From an uncultured Clostridia bacterium (lineage in GTDB: Bacteria > Bacillota > Clostridia > Christensenellales > UBA1242), in the NCBI GenBank assembly GCA_944362965.1, contig CALVTR010000002.1, positions 80,145 through 144,144 on the forward strand: a DNA stretch of 64,000 nucleotides, written 5' to 3'. The position numbers and the translations under genes are program-made. The first letter of the stretch is position 1. Every line of letters starts with the position of its first letter. Below the pieces are notes generated by a model. That model ran no database searches. It had not been told where the DNA came from and saw only the letters and a list, made by a program, of their open reading frames with translations. Below, piece by piece: positions 28,674 through 38,099 of the stretch.

Positions 28674-28898
28674 TTAAATGTTGATAAGACGCATAATTCT
28701 GCCATTGACAATCATAAGAATTAAGTCGATAATCCAAATAATGTTCCAGCCTAGAATAATTCTTAAAAGTGCTGCAACAATCTTTCCTTCAGTTAATCTT
28801 GTTACAAAACCAAGAATAAGTGCTGTGATAGGAATGATTGCAAGAATTATACTTAATACTCTATTCCAGCCAAAATAATCTTTACCTGTTTTTGCCAT
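28674..28898 (-). CDS. Small two-TM membrane protein (unknown)
   Basis: 74 aa with two clear hydrophobic segments, its own RBS and a terminator. Confidence 0.5.
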   Translation of the reverse strand: MAKTGKDYFGWNRVLSIILAIIPITALILGFVTRLTEGKIVAALLRIILGWNIIWIIDLILMIVNGRIMRLINI

Positions 28899-28966
28899 AT
28901 TGCCCCCCTAAAATTATTATACAATATTTTTTTTGTAATAACAATCATTTTTTGTAATTTTTTGAT

Positions 28967-29632
28967 TTAATTTATTGACCACTCCATTGTGACATTTGCT
29001 TCAATCTTGATGTCGTCAACATTGATTGATTCCATGCTTCCTGCAACTGATGCCTGTTTTGCCATTATAGCTCCATCATATTCTGCTGAAAACTGTCTTG
29101 GCTGATATACATTCACCTGTCTAAAACTATGGTCTATAAGCACGATTTGACCAAGTTTGACTCCTGCACTTTCAGCTAGAAGCGAAGCTTTTTCTTTTGC
29201 ATCAGCCACTGCCTGTTTTAAGGCTTGGTTTTTAAGAGTCGATGTATCTTCTACTGAAAAGTTGATTCTAAGTGTTGGGTTTGCAAGTGCTGACGAAAGT
29301 GTGTCTATGCACTTTGAAAGTTTCTTTCTATCATAATCGAATTTTATTTCAAGGCTATGAGTGATTACGTATTTATCAAATACACGCTTACTTGTTTTGA
29401 AGCTTTCAACGTATTTTGTTGCGGTATTAACCCTGAAATCAGTGGTTTTTATGCTGTCTTCTTTAAATCCATTTTTTGCTAGCTTTGCCTTTAGGTTGAC
29501 AACAAGTTTGTCGCACTCTTCCATTGCCTTTTGATACTCTTTGTTTTCTCCAGTTACTGAAAGTGAAACTGTGATTGTGTCTGGTGCTTGCATGGCAGTG
29601 CCAAGACCTGTTAATCTTATAATTCTATCCAT
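28967..29632 (-). CDS. SIMPL (DUF541) domain protein
   Basis: ITVSLSVTGENKEYQKAMEE and LKQAVADAKEKASLLAESAGVKLGQIVLIDH are typical of the SIMPL / 26-kDa periplasmic immunogenic protein family. Confidence 0.7.
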   Translation of the reverse strand: MDRIIRLTGLGTAMQAPDTITVSLSVTGENKEYQKAMEECDKLVVNLKAKLAKNGFKEDSIKTTDFRVNTATKYVESFKTSKRVFDKYVITHSLEIKFDYDRKKLSKCIDTLSSALANPTLRINFSVEDTSTLKNQALKQAVADAKEKASLLAESAGVKLGQIVLIDHSFRQVNVYQPRQFSAEYDGAIMAKQASVAGSMESINVDDIKIEANVTMEWSIN

Positions 29633-29684
29633 ATTTTTCTCCCCTTTTTATGTATTTTTTGTTTCAATTTTGGTTATTTTAGTA

Positions 29685-29779
29685 GGCGGGCGAAAGTTGC
29701 TCGCTCGCAGAGCGAGCCCAAGAAAGCAAAAGCTTTCTTGAAAAATTTTTAGGCTTAAAAATTTTTACTTTCGCCTGCC
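29685..29779. repeat. Three-hairpin junction element E8
   Basis: Closing stem ggcgggcgaaag/ctttcgcctgcc. Hairpins are gctcgctc-gca-gagcgagc, agaaagc-aaaa-gctttct and aaaaattttta-ggc-ttaaaaattttt. Confidence 0.7.
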
Positions 29780-29827
29780 GCCCCTGAATCCAGATAAAGT
29801 TTAAAAAAACTATCAATCTTTAAAATT

Positions 29828-30226
29828 TTATAGTTTGTCATACTCTTCATCTGAGACAGGTTCAAGCCACTCATTGCTTCCACCTTCTGCAGGAATTTCT
29901 ATAGCAACATGAGTAAACCAACTGTCTCTTGCTGCACCATGCCAGTGCTTAACTTCTGGTGCAATGTATACAACATCGCCCGGTTTTAGTTCTTGTGCTT
30001 TTTTGCCATATTCTTGATACCAACCTTTTCCATCGGTGCATAGCAAAATTTGTCCGCCCTTATGGTGAATATGCCAGTTATTTCTGCATCCCGGTTCAAA
30101 GGTTACATTTGCAATGCTAACTCCCTTGCTATTCAATGGCTTTAAATAGCTGTTGCCAATAAAATACTTTGCAAACGCGGTGTTAGGTTGTCCTAGCCCA
30201 AATAATGAATCACTTTCTTTTTTCAT
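29828..30226 (-). CDS. Cupin-domain protein
   Basis: The sequence NVTFEPGCRNNWHIHHKGGQILLCTDGKGW...HWHGA carries cupin motifs. The ATG at 30226 is the likely start. Confidence 0.75.
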   Translation of the reverse strand: MKKESDSLFGLGQPNTAFAKYFIGNSYLKPLNSKGVSIANVTFEPGCRNNWHIHHKGGQILLCTDGKGWYQEYGKKAQELKPGDVVYIAPEVKHWHGAARDSWFTHVAIEIPAEGGSNEWLEPVSDEEYDKL

Positions 30227-30281
30227 ATTTATCTCCTTTTCTTTGTTAATTTTAACATAAATCAAGACAATATCAAAACAA

Positions 30282-30614
30282 TTAGTTTAATTTTTTTAGG
30301 TCATAGATATCATCAAAATAAATCTTTTTATAGTCTATTTCAAGATAATGTTCTTCTATATGTAAAGATGGTTTGCCATGAAGTTCTACATAATGCTCAT
30401 TTTCATAAAATTTTACAGAAATTGTATCATTTTTGCTTAAATTTAATAGTATTTTTGTTATTTCCGCTGCTTTTTCTTCGCTAAGCTGTCCTTTTACAAC
30501 TCTTTCATGCTCATACTCTTTCATTCTTAAGGCATCATGCAAGCCCTTTAAAGTGTCAAAAGGCATAAACTGTTTTGCTCGCTCTCTCTGCGGCATTTTA
30601 ACTCTCTCCGCCAT
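30282..30614 (-). CDS. YolD-like protein (partner of Y-family polymerase)
   Basis: The 110-aa protein has RAKQFMPFDTLKGL.. It overlaps the end of the polymerase gene, as in Bacillus uvrX/yolD-type pairs. Confidence 0.65.
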   Translation of the reverse strand: MAERVKMPQRERAKQFMPFDTLKGLHDALRMKEYEHERVVKGQLSEEKAAEITKILLNLSKNDTISVKFYENEHYVELHGKPSLHIEEHYLEIDYKKIYFDDIYDLKKLN

Positions 30615-31872
30615 TGTGTCCCCCTATAAGTTTATTGCGTTCTATCATAGTGGCATTTTCTTGCAAATCCATACCCTTCAAGACCGCATTCTTGCCATAC
30701 TTATCTTGCAGTTTCAAAAGGCTTTCAACAAGTTTCTTTTCCTTTCTGACCTTTTCAATATCCGTAAATAGGTCATAACTTTCCTGCCCCATATCCTTTA
30801 AATCACCATAGTCATAGCCTAGTTGCCTGATAGCCCTGTGTTTGTCAACAATTTTATCAAAGAGTGACAGAGCGTAGCCTTCTATAAAGGAATAGAGATT
30901 TGTGGTCTCTTTCATACGCACACTCCCCTTTACAAACTCTTTATTTTTGTCGCCATATCGGATATATAAGTGAAGCAGTTGCGTGACGTAGCCATCTTTA
31001 TAAAGTCTATAACAACCTGATTGTAACATTTCTTTCATTACAAGCTTTGCATCTTCAAAATTATAGTTTTTCGGCAAAATTTGCATATTTGATATTGATT
31101 TTTTCTTAGTTTTATAAGCCTTTATATCTTTAATTGTGCAACTTTCTCTTCCCCATGCGTGGTCTATCATAAGTTCTGCATTGATACCAAATTCCTTATA
31201 AAGCATATCTTCATAAGCATGAGCAAGGTCGAACATGTCATAGATATTTAGTCTTTCAAGATGCTTTTCTGTTCCCTTTGATATACCCCAAAAGTCTGTG
31301 ATGGGTTTGTGGTGCCATAGCTTTTCACGATATTTCTCTTCGGTTAGCCAACCTATAAAATCTTTCGAATGTTTCGCCGTTATATCCAGTGCAATCTTTG
31401 CAAGATACATATTGCTTCCAATGCCTGCCGTTGACGGAATATGAAGTGTATCTTTGATTTCTCCCATCAGTTTTTCAGCAAACTGCTTTGCTTTTAAGTT
31501 ATACATTTTTAAATAGTCAGTTGCATCTATAAAGCATTCGTCAATGGAGTAGACATGAATATCATTTTTATCTATATATTTTAAATAAATGCCATATATT
31601 TCAGCTGCATATTCAATATATTTTTTCATTCGCGGCTTGGCAATAATATATTTGATATCTTTTGGTATTTCAAAGAGCCTGCATCTATTTCGAACGCCCT
31701 GAGCTTTCATTTTAGGAGTGACTGCAAGACAAATGCCGCCTTCTCCGCGCGACTCGTCTGCAACAACTAGGTTGGTCTCAAATGGATTTAGACCACGCTC
31801 AGCACATTCGACGGACGCAAAAAAGGTTTTCATATCAATCACAAAATATACTCTTTGCTTTTTATCAGTCAT
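30598..31872 (-). CDS. Y-family translesion DNA polymerase (UmuC/UvrX-like)
   Basis: YFVIDMKTFFASVECAERGLNP..VVADESRGEGGICLAVTPKMK..YSIDECFID. The ATG at 31872 is preceded by GGAGA. Confidence 0.85.
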   Translation of the reverse strand: MTDKKQRVYFVIDMKTFFASVECAERGLNPFETNLVVADESRGEGGICLAVTPKMKAQGVRNRCRLFEIPKDIKYIIAKPRMKKYIEYAAEIYGIYLKYIDKNDIHVYSIDECFIDATDYLKMYNLKAKQFAEKLMGEIKDTLHIPSTAGIGSNMYLAKIALDITAKHSKDFIGWLTEEKYREKLWHHKPITDFWGISKGTEKHLERLNIYDMFDLAHAYEDMLYKEFGINAELMIDHAWGRESCTIKDIKAYKTKKKSISNMQILPKNYNFEDAKLVMKEMLQSGCYRLYKDGYVTQLLHLYIRYGDKNKEFVKGSVRMKETTNLYSFIEGYALSLFDKIVDKHRAIRQLGYDYGDLKDMGQESYDLFTDIEKVRKEKKLVESLLKLQDKYGKNAVLKGMDLQENATMIERNKLIGGHNGGES

Positions 31873-31961
31873 ACATTCTCCAATTTTATTATACCACAAA
31901 ATCACATAATAACAATAAAAAAACAAGGATAACCCTTGTTTGATATTTTAAATTTTAGCTT

Positions 31962-32540
31962 TTATTTTATCTTACCTTTGTTATGCTCTCTTTCTCGTTG
32001 TCCCCTATAATTTAAAAATCTATTGTTCCACAAAGTTAAGGGCTCGTTTGTAAGTGCTTTTGAATAAATGACAATGTTTCCGATATCAGTTGTAACATCA
32101 TCGTTATTTTTATAAAGCTCCTTTGTCATGCCCATCTTTTCATACAATTTGCAAGCACAAGCATTGTCTATATCATCTGTGTATAGTCTTATAACCTTAA
32201 AGCCGTTTTCTTTTGCCCAATTTTCAAACATCCTAAAGATTTCGGTGCCATAACCGTGATTACGCTTATCTTCTCTAACGCCATACCAGCCAAGCCAACA
32301 TTCGTCAAGGTCGCCTTCAATATAATGTCCCCATAGACCTATGATTTCACCTTCACCATCTTTTACTATAAAATATTCATATTGATATTTTCTTGGCAAG
32401 TCACTATTCAAATTTTGCTCTATAGCTTCAAAATAATTTTGCTCCGCATCTTCTCGTGGAAAAATTGCATGCTGAAGATGGAGAGCCTGCTTGATGTTAT
32501 CTTGTGTTATAAGCTCGCTAATCAAATTTAATTTTTTCAT
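31962..32540 (-). CDS. GNAT-family N-acetyltransferase
   Basis: GVREDKRNHGYGTEIFRMFENWAKENGFKVIRLYT matches acetyl-CoA binding motif A. Confidence 0.75.
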   Translation of the reverse strand: MKKLNLISELITQDNIKQALHLQHAIFPREDAEQNYFEAIEQNLNSDLPRKYQYEYFIVKDGEGEIIGLWGHYIEGDLDECWLGWYGVREDKRNHGYGTEIFRMFENWAKENGFKVIRLYTDDIDNACACKLYEKMGMTKELYKNNDDVTTDIGNIVIYSKALTNEPLTLWNNRFLNYRGQREREHNKGKIK

Positions 32541-33058
32541 TCATTCCCTTTTATTTTTCCATCAAACGTTACATTATTCGCCCTTGCCATATTGATAAAT
32601 TCTTGAATGTTCTTATTCATATTTGAAAGCGAAAAAATCTTTTTATCACCTATGTATACCGCATAGTTTATTATTCCATAATTGAGCTCTCTAACTTTTA
32701 TATAGCTTATATCTTTAACATTAAATCGCATTGTCTTTTTAAATGACGGTGTGTAGATTATCATTGTGTCAAAAACAACGACCTTAAACCTTAATATAAC
32801 AATAAAAAGTATACAAAACAAGGCAAGACAGCCTAGAATAATATAATAATAAAATTCAACATTTGCAAAAATACCGATTATAGCGAGTATACAAGTAAGT
32901 GCAAGAAAAACTATAAAAGTGATTCTAAAGCCCTTATATTCTATAACAAAATGCAGTTTGTATTCGTCTTTTAGCTCAATCTTTTTCTGTAGTAAATTAT
33001 ATATTAAAGGCACAACAAATGCAACAATAATACATGTTATAATAGTCGCAATATTCAT
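32537..33058 (-). CDS. Membrane protein (unknown)
   Basis: 173 aa with three N-terminal TM helices plus a soluble C-terminal domain. Its start overlaps the stop of the upstream ORF. Confidence 0.5.
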   Translation of the reverse strand: MNIATIITCIIVAFVVPLIYNLLQKKIELKDEYKLHFVIEYKGFRITFIVFLALTCILAIIGIFANVEFYYYIILGCLALFCILFIVILRFKVVVFDTMIIYTPSFKKTMRFNVKDISYIKVRELNYGIINYAVYIGDKKIFSLSNMNKNIQEFINMARANNVTFDGKIKGNE

Positions 33059-33059
33059 A

Positions 33060-33524
33060 TCATTCCTTTTTATTTAATATTTCCATTATCTTACCACTAA
33101 AAAGTGAAACACGCTTTGCACTTGTTGTGCCATAATTTATATGCTTGTCATCTTTTGTAAATTCTCCAACGTAGTATGTTTCATTTCCGTCAAAGCTTTC
33201 ACCTTTTTCGTATAAAAAAAGCCTAAATTCACTATCCTTGCTTATTGCGATAGCTATTGCATAACAATCTGTTACGTTTTTTACAAATGTATCTTCAAAT
33301 TCAACGAACAATACTATACTTTGTGAATGTTCAAAGTCCGCAGTTATGTTTTTTACAGGAACTTTTTCATATTCTTCACTAAATCTTTCACATATCATTC
33401 TAGGAGCATCTTCACTAATGAAATATTCAAGATTTTTTGGGTTTGGAGCTATTGTATTTATAAAAAAATCTTTATTAGCATAAATTACGTTTAATAAATT
33501 TGAAAAATATATGTATTTATTCAT
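33060..33524 (-). CDS. Hypothetical cytoplasmic protein
   Basis: 154-aa ORF tightly packed with the downstream ORFs. No motif was recognised. Confidence 0.45.
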   Translation of the reverse strand: MNKYIYFSNLLNVIYANKDFFINTIAPNPKNLEYFISEDAPRMICERFSEEYEKVPVKNITADFEHSQSIVLFVEFEDTFVKNVTDCYAIAIAISKDSEFRLFLYEKGESFDGNETYYVGEFTKDDKHINYGTTSAKRVSLFSGKIMEILNKKE

Positions 33525-33625
33525 AAATTATCCCTTTTATATAAAATTATTATATCATAAATTTCCCACTTTTAAAAATATATTTTGCGAATACATATAA
33601 ATACACTAAATATAATTGGTGCGAA

Positions 33626-33704
33626 AGCGGCGAAAACAAATGTTAAGGCGCAGATTTTCGCTTTTAAAAAAGCGAAAACAAGCAACAATGCAGTTTTCGC
33701 CGCT
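33626..33704. repeat. Reduced junction-type element abutting the tRNA-Pro 3' end
   Basis: 12-bp stem agcggcgaaaac/gttttcgccgct, whose right arm ends at the tRNA CCA end. The inner hairpin is ttttcgctttt-aa-aaaagcgaaaa. Confidence 0.5.
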
Positions 33705-33779
33705 GGTCGAGATGGCGGGATTCGAACCCACGACCTCACGGTCCCGAACCGTGCGCGCTACCAACTGCGCTACATCTCG
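33704..33779 (-). tRNA. trnP: tRNA-Pro (anticodon CGG)
   Basis: The minus strand reads CGAGATGTAGCGCAGTTGGTAGCGCGCACGGTTCGGGACCGTGAGGTCGTGGGTTCGAATCCCGCCATCTCGACCA, with anticodon loop TTCGGGA. Confidence 0.88.
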
Positions 33780-33991
33780 CTATTTTTAGCAAAAATAAAT
33801 AATAATTAAATAAATTAAAGATTGTTGAATTGTTTTTTGTTTTTAATAATTACCGCAAGTCAGCAAAGCTTAATCCTTTGTTGCATTAACAAAGTTTGAT
33901 GCTTACCCAAATATATGATATTTCAATTTAGTGTGTTTTAAAACAAAACTAAAAATGTTTAATTTTTAACATCAGATAGTTTATTTTTCAT

Positions 33992-34426
33992 TTAAATATT
34001 TGAAATAAGCATAATCTTCACCATAATTTTGTTTCTTATAAAATTTTCTTGACTGTTATTTTCATAATCACATGTAAGCATGATAAGATCAGCATTTATC
34101 TTTTTTGCAAAGTCTTCAACAAAAGTCATTATTTTTGAGCCTATTCCCCTGTTGCGATACTCTGGGTGAACCCTTAAATTCCATATCATCAAGATTGGCT
34201 TTTGCTTTTCAACAATATCATGATTTACAACAAGAGAGCAAAAGCCGAGTAATTTTTCACCCTCAACTGCTGATACAAATTTATAATCTTCATTTTTTAT
34301 AAGTTCTTCATATTTACGATACATTCCATCGACATCAGTTTCAAGCCCATTATCACCATTATAGTATTGCCTATAAAGCCATGGAAGTTGCGATAAATCT
34401 TTCTTTATTGTAAAACGTATTTCCAT
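33992..34426 (-). CDS. GNAT-family N-acetyltransferase
   Basis: LRVHPEYRNRGIGSKIMTFVEDFAKKINADLIMLTC matches motif A. Confidence 0.75.
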   Translation of the reverse strand: MEIRFTIKKDLSQLPWLYRQYYNGDNGLETDVDGMYRKYEELIKNEDYKFVSAVEGEKLLGFCSLVVNHDIVEKQKPILMIWNLRVHPEYRNRGIGSKIMTFVEDFAKKINADLIMLTCDYENNSQENFIRNKIMVKIMLISNI

Positions 34427-34452
34427 ATTTCTCCTAAAAAAATAACTTTGAT

Positions 34453-34824
34453 TTAGTTTTCTCTTTCAAACACATAATATGTTGCAGGTTTTCCGCCATA
34501 AATTACTAAAATAAAATTTTCATCATCCTTTACTTCAATAAACATATATTCGCAATCATCTATATTTTTTATTGTGTATCTGTAAGTTAAAATAGGGTCG
34601 TCACCGCCATAATGTATTGCAAGATAACCCTTTGTCCACCCTTCAAAAATCCAATAACCCTTGCCATCCGGCAAAAAATATATTTCATCAAATCCGTCTT
34701 CATTGATTGTTTTCTTTATTTGATAAGGATTAAACTCTGCAATACTATCTATTGTGTCAGCATATACCCACTTTCCAATAGCCTTTTCATCATTAACAAA
34801 TTCCATCCCATTTGCAATTTTCAT
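34453..34824 (-). CDS. Hypothetical protein
   Basis: The ORF has a GGAGA RBS before the internal ATG at 34824 (MKIANGMEFVNDEK..). No motif was recognised. Confidence 0.45.
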   Translation of the reverse strand: MKIANGMEFVNDEKAIGKWVYADTIDSIAEFNPYQIKKTINEDGFDEIYFLPDGKGYWIFEGWTKGYLAIHYGGDDPILTYRYTIKNIDDCEYMFIEVKDDENFILVIYGGKPATYYVFEREN

Positions 34825-35029
34825 AAAAGTTCTCCGAATTAAGCTATGTGATATCAAAACATTAGCGTTTGATGCGAAAAGACGAAAACAAACAACAATC
34901 TTCATCTTTTCCTTATGAAAGCCGCACTAAATTCACACCGTGAATTTACGCTTGGTGCGAAATTGAAAATTTTGAGTGATATCGCGAGATGTGCCAATGG
35001 CACAATCCGCCTGAACGTAAAAATTTTCA

Positions 35030-35103
35030 TGGAGCAGGTGACGGGAATCGGACCCGCGAATTACGCTTGGGAAGCGCACATTTTACCACTAAATTACACC
35101 TGC
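35030..35103 (-). tRNA. trnG: tRNA-Gly (anticodon CCC)
   Basis: The minus strand reads GCAGGTGTAATTTAGTGGTAAAATGTGCGCTTCCCAAGCGTAATTCGCGGGTCCGATTCCCGTCACCTGCTCCA, with anticodon loop TTCCCAA. Confidence 0.85.
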
Positions 35104-35198
35104 ATAGTGCCCTTTTGGGCTTTTATTTAAGTTATATTATATTACTTTTTTTATTTTATTGCAACTTTTTTATTTTATTTTTTTACCGCATGAGAAAA

Positions 35199-35293
35199 GT
35201 GGCGGAAGAGCCGCAAGCATTTAGCTTGCAATAAAAAGCGAATGCTTTTTATTTAATTTTCAAAAAGAATTTGAAAATTTGCTCTTCCGCCAC
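35199..35293. repeat. Three-hairpin junction element E9 (cleanest example)
   Basis: Perfect 13-bp closing stem gtggcggaagagc/gctcttccgccac. Hairpins are gcaagc-attta-gcttgc, aaaaagc-gaat-gcttttt and ttttcaaa-aagaa-tttgaaaa. Confidence 0.75.
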
Positions 35294-35418
35294 TCCTATT
35301 TCACACTCGTTTCACTTTTCTAACGCGTCACACTCTTACGTTATCAACAATTTTTGTTCACCATTTACAATATACTCCCGCCCGCTCAAATTTTATAGTA
35401 AACATAATTTTTCAACGA

Positions 35419-37179
35419 CTATTCAACTGTTACACTTTTTGCAAGATTTCTTGGCTTATCTGGATCATAGCCCTTAGTGACGGCAGTAAAATAGGCAAGT
35501 TTTTGTAAACTTAAAATAATTTGAAGTGGCATAAAATCTTTTTCTGGCTTTTTAACCTTTATAATATAATCAAACGCTTTTTCTGTTTCGCTGTCAGTGT
35601 TTAAAGTTGTGAAAAGAACAAGTTTTCCGCCGCGTGCTTTAATCTCATAAGCATTATTGAGCGTTTTGTTAAATAAATTTTCATCGGTGGCAATTACAAT
35701 GACAGGAACGGATTTATCAATCAGAGCTATCACGCCATGTTTAAGCTCTCCACTTGGCTGCGCGGTAGAGAAAATGTATGTTATCTCCTTTAATTTTAGT
35801 GAAGCTTCCTGCGCTGTTATATAATCTCTGCCTCGACCTATAAAAAACACCTTATCGTAACCTGCAAGTTTTTCAGCAAGAGTTTTGAGAATGTTATCAT
35901 CACCAAAATCTATCTGCCGTTTAAAGTTGTAAAGTGGCAAGATATAATCGTTGCCTTTAAGATAACTTGTTAAGATATACAAAACAATACATTGGGCAAA
36001 ATACGCTTTTGTTGAAGCAACCGCTTTTTCCTGCCCTGCACAAATAGGAAAGTTTATGCTTGCTTTTCTAGCGATGCTGCTATACTCGGTGTTGGTTACG
36101 GCAACAATAATTCCGCCCCTACTTTTGCAATATTCAAGTGCGGCTAGTGTGTCCGCTGTTTCTCCGCTTTGAGATATAAAAATGCAAAGACTTTTTTCAT
36201 CAATATTAAGATTTTTATACATTATTTCGCTGGCAATTTCACAAAAGACATCTATATTAAAGGCTTCACGCATATAGCTTCCACCAATAAGTCCTGCATG
36301 ATACGCCGTGCCACAACCGATAAGGTAAATCCTGTCAAATTCATAGTTTTTAAGTTCTTTTAGTTTTTCTTTTATGTCGTAACTACGATAGACTTCCATA
36401 ATCTTTTCAAGGGCAAGTCTTGATTGATAAATTTCTTTTAGCATAAAATGTTGATAACCTGATTTTTCTTCATTTATAAAGCTGAAATCAAGTTTTTGTG
36501 GCTGTTTTTTCACAATTTTATCATTTTTATCATAAATTATCACTTCTTTTTGAGAAAATTTGCCATATTCGCCGTCTTCTAATGTTATATAGCCATCAGC
36601 AAAACCAACAAAACACGAAGGGTCGCTTGCAATAAGAGCACACTCGCTGCCAAGAGCTATATAAAGCGGACTTTTATTTTTTGCAAAATAAATATAATCG
36701 CTGTTCTTTGAAATTATGGCAAGAGCGTAGGAGCCAACAAGTTTTTTCTTAACCCTTCTTAAATTGTTTATATCAAGTTTGCAATCAAAAAGTTTTGCAA
36801 TCACTTCGCTGTCGGTTTGCCCATAAAAATACTTACCTTTTTTGATTAAATCATCTTTCAGTTCTTCATAATTTTCAATAATTCCATTATGAACAAGAGC
36901 CGTGCTTCCATTTGATGAAAAATGTGGATGACAATTCTCTATTGAAATTTGCCCATGCGTTGCCCACCTTGTGTGAGCAATGCCTATGCCAAATTCTTCA
37001 TTTTCTTTTATCGTTGACTTTAATTTTTCAACAACGCCTGTTGCCTTATATGTTGTGAAATCATTATTTCTTTTTATAGTCATGCCTGAAGAATCATAGC
37101 CGCGATATTCAAGCCGCTCAAGCCCTAGATACAAATTACTTTCAACATTACTTCCAATGTAGCCAATTATTCCGCACAT
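35419..37179 (-). CDS. glmS: Glutamine--fructose-6-phosphate aminotransferase
   Basis: MCGIIGY N-terminal nucleophile, two SIS domains and a C-terminal ..LAKSVTVE. Confidence 0.95.
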   Translation of the reverse strand: MCGIIGYIGSNVESNLYLGLERLEYRGYDSSGMTIKRNNDFTTYKATGVVEKLKSTIKENEEFGIGIAHTRWATHGQISIENCHPHFSSNGSTALVHNGIIENYEELKDDLIKKGKYFYGQTDSEVIAKLFDCKLDINNLRRVKKKLVGSYALAIISKNSDYIYFAKNKSPLYIALGSECALIASDPSCFVGFADGYITLEDGEYGKFSQKEVIIYDKNDKIVKKQPQKLDFSFINEEKSGYQHFMLKEIYQSRLALEKIMEVYRSYDIKEKLKELKNYEFDRIYLIGCGTAYHAGLIGGSYMREAFNIDVFCEIASEIMYKNLNIDEKSLCIFISQSGETADTLAALEYCKSRGGIIVAVTNTEYSSIARKASINFPICAGQEKAVASTKAYFAQCIVLYILTSYLKGNDYILPLYNFKRQIDFGDDNILKTLAEKLAGYDKVFFIGRGRDYITAQEASLKLKEITYIFSTAQPSGELKHGVIALIDKSVPVIVIATDENLFNKTLNNAYEIKARGGKLVLFTTLNTDSETEKAFDYIIKVKKPEKDFMPLQIILSLQKLAYFTAVTKGYDPDKPRNLAKSVTVE

Positions 37180-37337
37180 ATCTCGCTCCTTAAATGTAAA
37201 CTAAAGCCAAGTTAAATCTTACAGTAATTTTTATGAATAGAAGCAATTTTTGTTGATTAAAAATAAATTATTTTTCTTTTTTAAATATCGCAACAATTAA
37301 ATGAATATTTCATAAAAAATAGTATTTAGGAGCTTTT

Positions 37338-37952
37338 ATGACAAAATTTTTAAATAAAAATAGTTGTTTTATTGGTAAAAATGTGAAATTCGGCAAACAT
37401 GTGACCATTTATGAAAACAATCATATAGATGGTGATTGTTATATTGATGATGATACAGTGCTGCTTCCTAATAATTTTATAACAAATAGCAGTATCGGTA
37501 AAAACTGCAAAGTGCACGCTAGCGTGATTGAAGACAGCAAACTAAATGACAATGTTTCAATCGGACCTTTTGCAAGATTGCGTCCAGGTAGCGAGATAAA
37601 AGATGGTTGCAAAATAGGCAATTTTGTGGAAATAAAAAATTCTTGTGTTGGGGAAGGCTGCAAAATAAGCCATTTAGCCTATGTTGGAGACAGCGATATT
37701 GGGCAGAATTGCAATATCGGCTGCGGCGTTATCTTTGCAAACTATAATGGAAAAGAGAAAAATAAATGCAAAGTTGGCAGTCACGTGTTTATTGGCTCTA
37801 ACTGCAATATTATTGCACCCGTCACTATTGATGACGATAGCTTCATTTGTGCGGGAACGACTGTGACTGAAAATGTGGCAAAAGAAGATTTTGTGATTGG
37901 CAGAGCAAAGCAAGAAAATAAACCGCATAGAGCAAAAAGATATTGGAATTAA
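37338..37952 (+). CDS. Stand-alone left-handed beta-helix acetyltransferase equivalent to the GlmU C-terminal domain
   Basis: IGPFARLRPGSEIKDGCKIGNFVEIKNSCVGEGCKISHLAYVGDSDIGQNCNIGCGVIFANYNGKEKNK matches the GlmU acetyltransferase domain. No uridyltransferase domain is encoded. Confidence 0.8.
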   Translation: MTKFLNKNSCFIGKNVKFGKHVTIYENNHIDGDCYIDDDTVLLPNNFITNSSIGKNCKVHASVIEDSKLNDNVSIGPFARLRPGSEIKDGCKIGNFVEIKNSCVGEGCKISHLAYVGDSDIGQNCNIGCGVIFANYNGKEKNKCKVGSHVFIGSNCNIIAPVTIDDDSFICAGTTVTENVAKEDFVIGRAKQENKPHRAKRYWN

Positions 37953-38099
37953 AAATTAAAAAAAATTTTTAAATAATATTTTTAATAATTAAATAAAAAT
38001 ATAATTTATTTTTTATTTTTCAATTATTTTTTATTATTTTCACGATTTTTTTGATGATTTTTGTCAAATTTTTATAATTTTATTTTAAAGGAGAAAATT

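Noticed and set aside
33585-35234. ORFs 33585..33809(+), 34915..35130(+) and 34989..35234(+)
   Set aside because: They run antisense through tRNA-Pro, tRNA-Gly and adjacent structured repeats, so they are not credible CDS.
37180-37337. Expected glmS ribozyme upstream of glmS
   Set aside because: The region is almost pure A/T, with none of the conserved GC-rich core segments I associate with the ribozyme. It should still be confirmed with cmsearch.
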